DNA from: Vicugna vicugna
Lineage: Eukaryota
NCBI GenBank assembly: GCA_013265495.1
Contig: MU058257.1
Coordinates: forward strand, 503,418-567,417
Direction: 5' to 3'
DNA length: 64,000 bases
Every line of letters begins with the position of its first letter. Position 1 is the first letter of the stretch. Under the pieces are notes generated by a model. The model did not search any database and was not told the origin of the DNA. It worked only from the letters and a program-made list of their open reading frames with translations. Positions 24,331-35,710 of the stretch are shown piece by piece. The translations under genes were made by a program, and so were the position numbers.

Positions 24331-26389
24331 CAGGACCCCCCGGCTGACATCATCTCAGCCACCTTTTCTGTCCCCTGTGTCTGGTGCCTTCCAGCCTGAG
24401 GGGGCCCTGCCCACTTCCTCCTGCAGGTACCGCTGGCCATGCTCAGCACTGCTCAGGACTGCCGGAAAGTGAGCATCCACCGCTCAGGTCTGGGCAGGAG
24501 GGGAGTGAGGGCGCCTCCCGCACCTTGTGTCTAAGCCGCATTCTGGAGAGAGCTTTTCCAGAGCTTGGTATTTAGATGGTCCTGTAGCTAACAGTGAAGT
24601 GGGCGCTGTGGTCTGCTCATCTGCTCTGTGGGAAACAGAACTGATTGGCTGGATCATATGACGCACTTGGGAGGGGTCTCTGATCAACTGATCATGATAC
24701 CATGATGGTTAAACTGGTAAAACTTCCAACGTTTCTTACCAAGAATGGCTTCAGCCACAAAAGCAAGGGCATCAGAAAAGGGAGGCTGGTACACTTCAGG
24801 AGGTGGATAAGTGCTTGGGAAGGAAGGGAGAGAAACTGAAACTGCAACATTTTTAAAGTCTGTTGACTTTGACCCAGAAACTCGTGTTAGCTCATGTACC
24901 TTGAGGCGAACACTTGGTCACGGACGTGTAGGAATTCAAAGACGTTCGCTGCCGCGCTTTCTGTGAGAGGGAACATCACTAAGGCTTTATCAAGAGGAGA
25001 TGGGGTCAATAAATTGTGGGACCTTCAGTCAGTGGCTGCAGCCAATAAAATATGGGGTTCATTTATACACATGACTCTGTAAAGCTATATAAAATTTATT
25101 AAGTGACAAAAGCACGCTGCAGACCATTACCGTCATTCTGATTATACGGATGTGTGTGTGTGTGTGTGTGTATCTTTAGAAAGAGGTCTAGCAGGATATT
25201 TTTAATGTCTTTGGTTTCTGGGGAGTGTGAGACCAATAAGGGGTTTTCACATTTTTCTTTGCTGTATTTTCATATTGCTTGAATTTTCCATGATGAGACC
25301 GTTAACTTCTATTGAAAAAAAATGCCAGTCGATTTGGTGGAAAAATATTATTATTTTCTGGATATATTTAGAAACTTGCAAAAATATTACTTTATGTGAG
25401 GACACTCTCACTGGGTAATTATTTGCTTTCCTGGCTACCTTGCTCATTTACTCTCAGCAACATGAGCGACGCACTGTCCTAGCTGATCTGCATAGAATAG
25501 ACACCCCCCCAACACTGTTTTTGGCCAATTTTATGAAATCCAAAAATAAGCCCATGGGTTCCTTCTGGTTATTTGCTAATGTTTAATTTTCCCATGTTAT
25601 AGACATTATATTCGGGCCTCAATATAACTACATATTGATTATTATCATCAGATAATATAACTATACATATATTAAAAACTATATATTGATGATCATATCA
25701 TAATAGGCCATGAAAGAAAAGTTTTTAAAAAATGAGAATATTTTGCTTCCAAGAGGTTCAAAAAGCTCTATGGGCATAACCACAGGAAAACTTAATAGAG
25801 AACTAAAAACTAGGTAGAAACAGGTGCTGTGACCATTTTATGAGTGGAAAACTGAGGTGATGTGAACTCTGCACACGCTGGCAAAATGGAAGAGCTGGGG
25901 AGAGATATAAAAGCTTTCGATTTGTTTCCAAACATTCCTCCTAAAGTCCCTTCCCTCCTTCTGGACCCATTCTGGTCAACATTCTTGGTAGTTCTATTCG
26001 TCTGTCGGCAGGAACTGTTACATCCCAAACATCAGAGCAGTTACTGTACACACTGGAAATCATCTCCACTTGGCCGCCAGGTGGTCTGACGTGTAATCTG
26101 CATTAGTTTTTCACCCACAGCAATGCTTCAGCCACAGAGATTTTGTCCCAGATCATAAAGTGGACTCTTTCTATTTAGAATATATGTGGCTTTCTTTAAA
26201 TAAAAAACAAGCAAATGTAGACGTAAAGGTAGAAGCAATGATTATTGAAAAAAATCGAAGTTGAGCCAGTTTTTTCATCAGTTCTCCAGGATTGTAACGA
26301 CTGTTAGTTAACACCTCTTCCTGTGGTTGGATTTCCAGGCGTGCGGGGGCCTTTACAACACTTCCCTGTTCTGATGGGTCTTTTCCAAC

Positions 26390-26559
26390 TATTTTTTTAA
26401 ATTTCAATTTTGCTTTTTAAATTTATTATTTTTTCATCTTTTTGGGGAGGAGGTAATTAGGTTTTTCATTTTTCTTTTTTCAGTGGAGGCACTGGGGATT
26501 GAACCCAGGACCCTCAGGCATGCTAGGCACTCGCTCTACCCCTGAGCTCTACCCTCCCC
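26390..26559 (-). mobile_element. tRNA-derived SINE (Vic-1-like), long form
   Basis: Reverse head 'actggggattgaacccaggaccctcaggcatgctaggcactcgctctacccctgagctctaccctcccc' with 'ggaggtaattagg' tail. Confidence 0.9.
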
Positions 26560-26599
26560 TCATCGGTCTTTTAAATCATCTGCCGACCTGACACCGATA

Positions 26600-27280
26600 G
26601 TGACAATGTGTGCAAGAGGGCAGCTTCCGTCCTAACCCCTCGACTGTTCCTCCTACTTGAGGCGCCTGACTCAGGCTTCTCCTGGTCTTTTTTTTTTTTT
26701 TTTTGTTTTTGTGGGGGGGGGGCGGNNNNNNNNNNNNNNNNNNNNNNNNNNNNNNNNNNNNNNNNNNNNNNNNNNNNNNNNNNNNNNNNNNNNNNNNNNN
26801 NNNNNNNNNNNNNGTCTTTTTTTTTTTTTTTTTGCTTGTGTGCGCGCTGGGCAGTTTCTCTCTATATATGGTCACAACCTCCACCCGGCAGCCGCGCTTC
26901 CCGAGGAAATTCGCTGCCGGGAGAAACCACGTGGGCAGCGCCCCCGCCCGCGGGAAGGTGGGAGGCGGCGTCCCAGGTCCCCGGGCCGATTTCACTCCTC
27001 GGGCCCATCCCCGGCGCGCGCGGCGCCACGTGGCCTCGGTCCTGATCCCGGCCCGGCCCCGGGGGCCCTGCGGCTGCGGGGGTGGGGGTGGGGGAGCGTG
27101 CGCTCCCTCCCGGGCAGCGTCCTCACTTTGCAGGGCAGTTCAGGACTACAGTCAGGTTGGAAGTCCACTGTCGGCGGCTTTCTGCTAAGTTGATCTTCCA
27201 TCCGGCAGCAGGATGATCTGAAAGTCTCCCGAAAGTAACTGCGGTGTCAGGGCTGTTCTGAAATAGCGGCCCGGGCTCCT
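26600..27280. promoter_or_regulatory. Small CpG island / promoter-like element
   Basis: Dense CpG from 26840 to about 27280. TATATATG / CArG-like CTATATATGG at 26862-26871, CACGTG at 26928-26933 and 27027-27032, GC boxes, AP-1 TGACTCA at 26667-26673. Orientation is unresolved. Confidence 0.7.
26726..26813. other. Assembly gap (88 N)
   Basis: Directly visible N run. Confidence 0.99.
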
Positions 27281-27911
27281 GGGTGATGATGCTGTTTGGC
27301 TTTTGGGAGCAACCTCATTGCTGTTCCTCCTGATCGTGGCTTCCACCTGTGTATCCACACGGTGTCCTTCCCACTCGAACTCCCCCAACCCCACCCTGCC
27401 AAAAATGATGAATAAATAAAGACTGCGCTACAGTCCAGATAGTCTCACTTCATAACGCCAGCATTACCGCTTTCATTGCTTGTCCCTCCACCATTTCCTT
27501 CCTGGGCAAAACAACAAACTCAATCAAACCAAAAAACTCAGAAAAACAAAGTAAAGCACACGTACTCAGTTCTCAATAGTCTGAAAATCCTTATTTTGCT
27601 TTTTCAGCAGAATGAACATAGATGTAGGTAGAAATCTTTGTGGGGTTTTGTTTTAAATAAGAGGTTAGAGGACAAACAGAGATGTGTGAGCCATACTGCT
27701 TCGTTTGTCCATCCTGTGGCTTTTTTAGGGGCCTGGGATGGAGAAAAGTAGTTATTGCCTGCCATCTAGGGTTCCGAGTTGGAATTGCACCTTGCCACTG
27801 AGATCAAGGGGCTGAAAGTCATACAGTGTAACTGATTGAGCTAAGGACTGATGGATTCTACACACAAGACTACTTTCAAGCTTCAGAGACTCACAGGTTA
27901 AAAAAAACAAT

Positions 27912-28270
27912 GAATATTCTTGGTTGTAGATTTTCCCCTTCCATCACTTTAAATATATCTCGTCACTCCCTTCTGGCCTGCTGAGTTTCTGCTGAAAAAT
28001 CAGCTGAGAGCCTTATGGGAGTTCCCCTGTAGGTTATTTGTTGCTTTTCCATTGCTGCTTTTAAAATTCTCTCTTTCTCTTTAATTTTTGTCATTTTGAT
28101 TACAGTGTGTCTTTGTGTGTTCCTTTTTGGGTTCATTCTACGGGAGGATTCTCTGTGCTTCCTGGACTTGGGTGACTGTTTCCAGGGTAGAGAGCTTTTC
28201 AGCTATTACGTCTTCAAACATTTTCTTGGGCACTTTCTGTCTCTCTTCTCCTTCTGAGACACCAGAATGT
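27912..28270 (-). mobile_element. LINE-1 internal ORF1 fragment
   Basis: The minus frame reads GVSEGEERQKVPKKMFEDVIAEK...QVQEAQRI. The DNA 'tctggcctgctgagtttctgctgaaaaatcagctga' is the antisense of the ORF1 IRLSADFSAE region. Confidence 0.88.
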
Positions 28271-29884
28271 GGGGGGGGGGGACGACAATGAAAAGAATGT
28301 AATGATAACCACTGCAAAGCTGGAGACCAGGAACTGATGTTCAATCAAACAGGAAGAATCAAGAAGACCCCACTTCCAGAATCATGTGATGAACAGCTGT
28401 GAGCAGGGAGGAGACACTGTCATCGTTAAAGAACCAGCTGCATTCACAGTACTCTGCAGAGCAATGGCTTGAGATGACCGCCCAAGAAAGCAAAGCGCAC
28501 GAAGCAGTCTCAGTGTGTGTTGCCAGAGCAGGCCTCCCAGCAGTCGCCCAGGTCTCAAACCTGACTCAGCCAGCCCAACGGCTTCTCTATTATCTCACAG
28601 GCTTTAGTCCATCTCTTCCAGAACCTGTTGTTGAAATACCCCAGGCCAGATACTTTTCTTACCCACTCAGGGTCTACACTTCTGGGAACACTGAGAGCTC
28701 CTGGATACGTGTGGATGGGTTTTCTTTATTCTCAGCACAATTCTGCCAGGAAGATGCAGCTGCGGTGGTTAATCCTGGTTTATGAATAAGGATGCCGAGG
28801 CCGGGAGTATTTGCAAGACGTGTTCTTGTCAATGACAGAGCCAGAACAGGAGGGCTGGGGTCTCCACGGTGTCTAGGGCTCCTCTTGCCTGCTGCCCTCG
28901 GACTGGCCCCCAACAGATGAAGTCATGCCTCGAGCCTTTCTTTGCTTTCAGATAGATAACTTGATTTTTGTATGGGTAACTGACACAGGCTTATGTTGCT
29001 GGGAGCGGTCAGGCGACAGATTATAATCAGGGCGGGTAGTTTTGCCTCCTGCTTGGCAATTTCAGTTCTTCCTGGGTGGTTATGCCACATTTTCAGCCCA
29101 CACCCACTTGTCCTGTTTGAAAACCACAAACTGGTTCTCTGGCAGTAGCAACATTCTGGTGTTGTTCTGCCTGTTTATACCTTTAAACAACTGGAATCTG
29201 ACTGTCTCCTGCCCCTTCTCGCCTGGTGAAAGGTATCCTGGGGTGCCCAGGCTCCCCCTGCGTGTTGAGCGACTAAAAACAACCACTTCCAGGCTGTCCT
29301 AACCAGTCACTAAGGAGTTGGAGGATTTCTAGGCAGTTCCAACTCTGGCCACAGGATGGATTTATTTTCCAGCCTGTGTGCGTCTCGGGTGACTTGCCAA
29401 CGTGGAGTCCTTCCACGATGCACTGTGCTTCTGTTCCTGGCTCAAGCCGGAGACTTCAGCTGGCTTGGCAGCAGGACTTAGTAGCAAAGGAAAAATATCA
29501 TATCTACATGCAGCTAAGCAACTCAGAGAGACAGCATTGCTGAAATTCGCCCTGATGAGTATCTGGAAGATACCTGCTAACCAGATCGTTAAAGCAGCTC
29601 TACTGACTAAGAATAATTATGTGTATTCATGGAACAAAAAGCATTAGAAGAGAGGCTTAGATTATTCACAGAAAATCTAAATGTGCAGTTGCAGCAAGTT
29701 TTTTTTAAAAACAACTTTTATAATTGCATGTCTAATGAAAGGGTCAGAACTTCTCTAAAAGGGTCATGAAATGCAATATTACTACCCTTAGGGTGATACT
29801 GTTAACATACAAAGAAGATGAGTTTCCTACCAAGCTCTAAAAGAGTTTCATCATAATAGTGGCATTTTCAGCTAAGAATTAGAT

Positions 29885-30482
29885 CCAAAAGTTTCAGTTA
29901 TGCAGATGAGTAGGTCCTTAGACATCTGCTGTAGCACAGAGCCAGTGGTTCACAATACTGCACTGTGTACTTGAGATTTTACTAAGACGGTAAGCATTAT
30001 GCTATGCAAAAATAAATATATAAATAAATAAAATAATGAGGCTAGGAGGAAACTTTCGGTGGCGATGGAGGTATTTCTTGCATAAATTGTGGTGATGGTG
30101 TCGTGAGTGTATACGTATCTCCCAACTCATTGAGATGAGTACACATTAAACATGTACAACTTCTTTTTTAAACTGAAGTAGAGTCAGTTACAATGTGTCA
30201 ATTTCTGGTGTACAGCATAGTGTTTCCGTCATGTATATATATATATATACATATATTCTTTTTCATATTCTTTTCCATCATAGGTCACTACAAGATATTG
30301 AATAGAGTCTCCTGTGTTATATAGAGGAAATTTGCTTTTTATCTATTTTATATGTAGTAGTTAATATTTGCAAATCTCGATCTCCTAATTTATCCCTTCC
30401 CACCCCCTTGCCCCTGGTAATCATAAATTTGTTAACTCAAACAAATGTACAACTTTTTGTATGTCAATCATACGTCAATAAA
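29885..30482 (+). mobile_element. L1MB-like 3' end interrupted by a younger antisense L1
   Basis: 'aaagtttcagttatgcagatgagtagg...ggaggaaactttcggtggcgatgga...acacattaaacatgtacaactt' resumes as 'atgtacaactttttgtatgtcaatcatacgtcaataaa'. Confidence 0.75.
30163..30444 (-). mobile_element. LINE-1 3' terminal fragment
   Basis: 'actgaagtagagtcagttacaatgtgtcaatttctggtgtacagcat'. Exact TSD atgtacaactt (30152-30162 / 30445-30455). Confidence 0.9.
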
Positions 30483-32786
30483 GCGTGTGCTGTTATTTAA
30501 AGAATTAGATTGGACCAGGAGCCTGTGAAACAATGTAGCAGATGCAGACAGAGCGCTCACCAGGATCCCAGCTTCGTTCCTGCTGAGAACTGCCTGAGTA
30601 TTGACAGCATCACTTTTACAGAAAGCGAAGCTCGGCTTACACGTCATCTCCTTTGCCCTCCCGGCAGACCGGCTATTCTGATCCCTGTTTTGCAGGCTTA
30701 GAAAGTCAAATGGCTTCCAACTCTTACCTGCTTCATACTGTGATGGGGTGGGGGTGGGGGACTCCCCCCAAAGCCAAGCCTCATGACTTCACATCTATAA
30801 ACTATCCAGACACCAGTGTGGGAAGATACAAACTCCATCATGATATACCATTGACCATTCAGATCTTGAAATATGTTGGCCGAAGACTCTGTTTCTCTAG
30901 TCTTATGGAAATTTGAATGTTCCCTGAGCAAATTTCTAATGTGGCCCTTTGGGGAAAAAAATCCCTAAAAAATGTCGTGTATTGTAAATTTCAATGTGTG
31001 TATGTCTGAATCTTCCAATCACGTCGCACAAAGCGTATCTAATGAAGAAGATGAAGGATTGGATCAAATCCATGGTTTCTGACGCTTTTATTGACCAACA
31101 GCATCTGCGAAGCCACCTGTTAAGTAACTAGGATCAGAACCTCGAAGACCCAGAACATCCAGTCAATTAATCTCAGACACAGTCGCCACAAAACCATAGA
31201 CCCGAGACGAGAAGCTGAGAAACACACTGGAGGCTGTTGCTTATTTTCAATTTTTCTCAAATTGATCAGAAAGGCTACTCCTCAACTCCCTGGATGCAAA
31301 CCACATCTTCTCCATTTAATGTGACAGATTTGTGCTGGTAGATGCTGTTGGCATCCCACGATATATTGGAACATCAGATTTCCTGCTGAAAAATCCTGGG
31401 CAGGTTCGTTTGTAGGACCAGGTCAACTTAGAAGAAAAATTCTGTATTGACTTTTCCTGCCCGGAGCTCTAGTTTCTGATTCTTTGAGTCCCTAGGGAAG
31501 GTTATTGCCGTTGGAAATGAAAGCTTGATTGATTAGAACAGAGATGTGCCTTTAAAGAGATTGAATTGCTGGCCTTAAAGGATCAAATTCAACTCTCAAG
31601 AGGGAGGCTGCCCTTTATAATTCTTTTTTTTTTCTTCCTAGGCACTTGTGATTCTTTCTTTCATGCCTTGAAGTAGCAAATTGTGGAAGAGCATACTGTG
31701 TAAATAATCTTGTGTAAACTATCCCTCAGTCCTGGGTCTAGAGATTATAATCTATTAGTAGAAAGCTGAAAAAATCCACACAGCAGAGGCAAAGCAAGAA
31801 ATGCTTTCTCACTTCGAATGAAGACTGCAAAAGGGCGCTCTCAGTTGGAGTGGACATTCAGGGAGAAAAGTTAAAAACTGAAGAGCACTTAGCAATGGGC
31901 TGGCAGGCTGGGCTGGCCCTCCAAACCCCCGTCTCACTGTGACTTCTGATTACACTCAGTTTCCTGGTGTCTGATTGGCATGCTCGAAGCAGGCATTAAG
32001 CGGCTGATCTGGACTATGTCTACCCAGTTCAATGGTGATCCCTGGGTTCAAGTCCCTCCTAAGTCAAGCTCTCCGTGTCTCCAAGCAAACTGAAACCTGA
32101 TGTCTCAGTGGGACACAGAAGCAAACCGGACACTCAGAGGCATTCTAGGTAGGGGATTATTCTGTATCAAACCATCTTGGTGTCTCACCCTGTTATAAGT
32201 TGGCACATGCATCCCAGAGTCAACCAACTGGTAAGGTTGCTTTTGCCTTTTGTAAATTGCTTAACTTACATGACAGTTCAGGAAGCACAGAGGAGCACGT
32301 GGTGGACGGTTCCTCCTCTTGACTGTATCCCCTAGAGACCCAACTTCCCTCCCTGGTGACATGCTTTTACCCATTACTTCATCCTCCCAGAGCGAATCTA
32401 TGCCTACCCCATACACACACACACCCGTAGCTCCCATGTTACATGGGCACATGCTTTTTCATACACATGGTCGTATGCTCCCATATTTGTCAACCGAACG
32501 ATTTGATTTTGAAGCTGCTCCAACCTTTCAGATTGCAGTCTAGTATTCCATTTCATGGATGTGTTATAGATTCTTCAATCAGTTGTCATGAATAGACTTT
32601 TAAATTGGTCCCAGTCTTTTGATTTTATGAACAGCTCTGCAGCAGACACCTTTGTACATATGCCATTCATGCATTCATGAAGATATCTGCAGGATACATT
32701 TGTTGAAGTGGATGTGACGGATCTTTTTGTCTTAATGACATACTTCTGGCTTTTATTAATGCTTTGTTATTTTTCACTATGTGGGC

Positions 32787-32893
32787 TTTTTTTTTTAATC
32801 TTTTAAAAAATTTTTAATGGTAGTACTGGGGATGGAACCCAGGACCTCATGCATGCTAAGCATGCGCTCTACCACTGAGCTCTACCCTGCCCC
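32787..32893 (-). mobile_element. tRNA-derived SINE (Vic-1-like), short form, within decayed old L1 sequence
   Basis: 'tactggggatggaacccaggacctcatgcatgctaagcatgcgctctaccactgagctctaccctgcccc'. Confidence 0.9.
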
Positions 32894-33460
32894 TGTGTTT
32901 TCTTTTGCTGATAATATGAAAGATTTTAATTTTTATCTAGTGGCTTGTTTGTATAAGGATATAGTAGACATTATTTAAGACCTCTATTTCTTCAGCTAGC
33001 ATTCTTTGACTTTTTACTATATTAATGTTGGAATCACTAATCTCCACCTCCTCGCTCCAATGTTCCTGCTACTAGCTGATCTTCTTTGACTTTTATTATT
33101 TTTCTTAGTGTTTCTATTTGAATAAGCTCGTGTTAACTGGTTTTTCAGCTTTGATGCCTGGCTCGGAAAGATAAGGAGCTCTGTAAACCCGCATAACTCT
33201 CCCCTTTATATCCTTTTTCTCTGAATTTTGTTATTGGTATTATGCTACCATTGACAGGAAATCTTTCTTTTTCTTTGTTATCCAGTGGCTTTACTAGGGT
33301 GTGTCTCAGTGTTGACAGTGTGATGTAAGTTTTCTGTCTAGAAAAGATGTGCCATTTAAAATTTAGATTCAGGTCTTCTCCCATTGATGCTATATCTCAT
33401 TACTATGTCTTCTGTATTTACCCTTTATCTCTGATCCAGCCCTGCCATTGTTTATTTCTA

Positions 33461-33553
33461 CATCATGTCCTCTCTCTTGTCCACGCTCCTCACTGGGTTC
33501 TCAGCACGTCCTCTCTCTGGCCCACACTCCTTGCTGGGTTCTCAGCATGGTCT
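33461..33553. repeat. Degenerate 41-bp tandem duplication (about 2.3 units)
   Basis: ccacgctcctcactgggttctcagca (33481) vs ccacactccttgctgggttctcagca (33522), and catcatgtcctctctct (33461) vs cagcacgtcctctctct (33502). Confidence 0.75.
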
Positions 33554-33689
33554 GTTCTCCTTTGTGCTGCTTCCAAAGTTACCTTCATGTTTCTGGGAGG
33601 GTTTGTTTCATCTCTTGTTATTTCACTTTATCTTCCCTGGGCCCTTGTCACCCAACTTTAACCTCTTACTTAAAATATCAACAGCCTCA

Positions 33690-33822
33690 GGGGAGAGTAC
33701 AGCTCAATGGTAGAGCACATGCTTAGCATGCACGAGGTCCCAGGTTCAAGCACCAGTACCTCCATTAAAAAAGAATACATGAATCACTGAAACCTAATTA
33801 CCCACCCCAAAATTAAAAAAAA
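33690..33822 (+). mobile_element. tRNA-derived SINE (Vic-1-like), long form
   Basis: 'ggggagagtacagctcaatggtagagcacatgcttagcatgcacgaggtcccaggttcaag...aacctaattaccc'. Confidence 0.9.
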
Positions 33823-34384
33823 TTGATAGCTTCATTTTCTTTTGTGTATTCATGGTGACATAAGTGATGCCAATTTTCGCCTGGTCTGTGATGTCATTTC
33901 ACCCCTCCCCCAACATGCACTCCATTTCTTTTTGTCTTTTCTCTTGCAGTGTCTCTACACACTACATCCCATGATGATTCTACCTGGCTATCACTCATCC
34001 TCACCGGGATGGGCATCCTGCACCAGCCACTGCAGGTGGTGCCTGCGAGGCAGGGGACAGAGCCTTGTTAGTCATGGGGAATTCCTCCCAGCAGAGTCGT
34101 GTATAAGAGCAAGCCTCTGTCTCCTCGACCAGCAGAGGTTGACAGCTGGGCCACTGTTTGCCGTGCACAGTCCCTTGCCTCCACCTTGCCTCATGGATGA
34201 TGGATGGGAGAACCATGACTCGCAATCACCTCTGCCTCTTGTGTTTCTGGAGGACAGAAGAAACAGGCAGCTGCATCTTTATTTTGCCATTTAATACTGA
34301 AAGTCAGCTGGAAGGTTGTTTTTTCTTTTTTCTTTTTTTTTTTTTTTTGCTGTTTGATAAGAGATAAAAGAGCCATGGTCCCGA

Positions 34385-34565
34385 GGTAAAATGAGTCACT
34401 TTGGCCACTTATTAGCTGTGTGACATTGGGCAAGTCTTAAACCTCTCTGAGCCTATATTTTGTTATCTGTTTATTTAAACAGAGATAATAATAAACCTGT
34501 GTAGCCAAACTCACGGGGTTGCTGTGGAGAATAATGGCAACATGGATGTGAAAGTGCTTTAAATT
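34385..34565 (+). mobile_element. MIR SINE
   Basis: 'gccacttattagctgtgtgacattgggcaagtcttaaacctctctgagcct...gatgtgaaagtgcttt'. Confidence 0.8.
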
Positions 34566-35584
34566 AAATTCACTATTTAAATCTCAGGTGATTTTATTAA
34601 CAGTAAAAGTAATAAAGCAGCAATATCAGAAACATCAACTCCTAATGCCCATCTTCATGCTGTTTTAAAACTTTGCAAGCCTCAGAATGAAAGCATTTCA
34701 CTCTCTTGGGGGACCTCCTTTGGTTTCCAAGGGGACATTTCAAATTTTAAAAGCATCTGCCCTTCCAAGGAGACATGTTCATTGTTAAAGAGCCCCAAAT
34801 AAATCCCCCGTCCTTCTTACTGTCCATTTTTATCACCCTTCCTTCCTCATTACTTTGGCTTTAAAATGGCCTCTCCATTATTTATAGGAACCTTTTAAGG
34901 TCCCCAAATAAATTACCTTAGAACTTATCAAAAATATCCCCTAGAGTCAGCTTGGCAGAACATTCTAAAAATCTAGGAAAGAATGCTATGTCCTTGCTCT
35001 GGAATGGGGTTCTCTTAGAGCCCCTTTAGTAAGAATCTGAGTCGCAATCAGGTTTACTATCTGCCACCAAAATGACGGATGAAGTGTTTCTTATGGTTCC
35101 AGGGCCCTTTCGTACTGGAGAACTTGCTTCTCATGTTTTGCAGCAGCAAAAAATATTGGCCCAAATGTTAATTGGTTGTTTTTAAAAATGTCATTCAGTA
35201 TATGATTTCTCAGTCCAGGTATTTCAATACAGATCAAACAAACATATCTCTAACAATTTACAAGGTGTCTCACTAGACTTGATAAGGGTTGGTGAAGTGA
35301 TTCTCTATTTCAGTCACCTTATTTAACTTTATGAAAGGTGTAAATTTCAATTAATTCCTCTTCAATCATTCAGTAAATATTAAAGATTGCTAATTCTGCT
35401 CCAAGAGCTGTTGTAGGTGAATGGGGGTGTAGAGATGACCCCAATGACAGAATTTAACATTTATTTTGAATGTATGATGTGCCAGGTACTGTCTTATGCA
35501 TGTATGATCACATCAAATTCTCGAAACATGCTCATGCGTTAAGAAAACCAAGTTGAAGCCACTCTCCGGGACAGCAAAGGGCTG

Positions 35585-35710
35585 GTGGGAACTTGCAGTT
35601 CTTCTGAGATCATCTCTTCAGTGGTGACAGACATCCCATCCACTCTTGTCTCATTGGCCAAAGCAAGCCATGTAGCCAAGCCCCAAAGCCAGTGGTTGGC
35701 AAGGGCAGGG
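35585..35710 (-). mobile_element. Old MaLR (MLT1-type) LTR fragment
   Basis: 'ctcattggccaaagcaagccatgtagccaagccc' is characteristic of MLT1J/K-type LTRs. Confidence 0.55.

Noticed and set aside
25615..25705. AT-rich degenerate direct repeats (aatataacta..atattgat); similar low complexity at 41620-41690
   Set aside because: These are short local slippage duplications with no unique spacers or conserved structure.
26711..26725. G-run/GC box just left of the gap
   Set aside because: Probably a base-calling artefact after the poly(T), as described in the false-gap finding.
26576..27193. ORFs of 139-178 aa at the CpG island
   Set aside because: They run through the N-gap and homopolymers and are open only because GC-rich DNA is poor in stop codons.
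600..27300. Assigning a gene symbol to the putative minus-strand transcription unit
   Set aside because: No coding exon that I recognise is present, so any name would be a guess.
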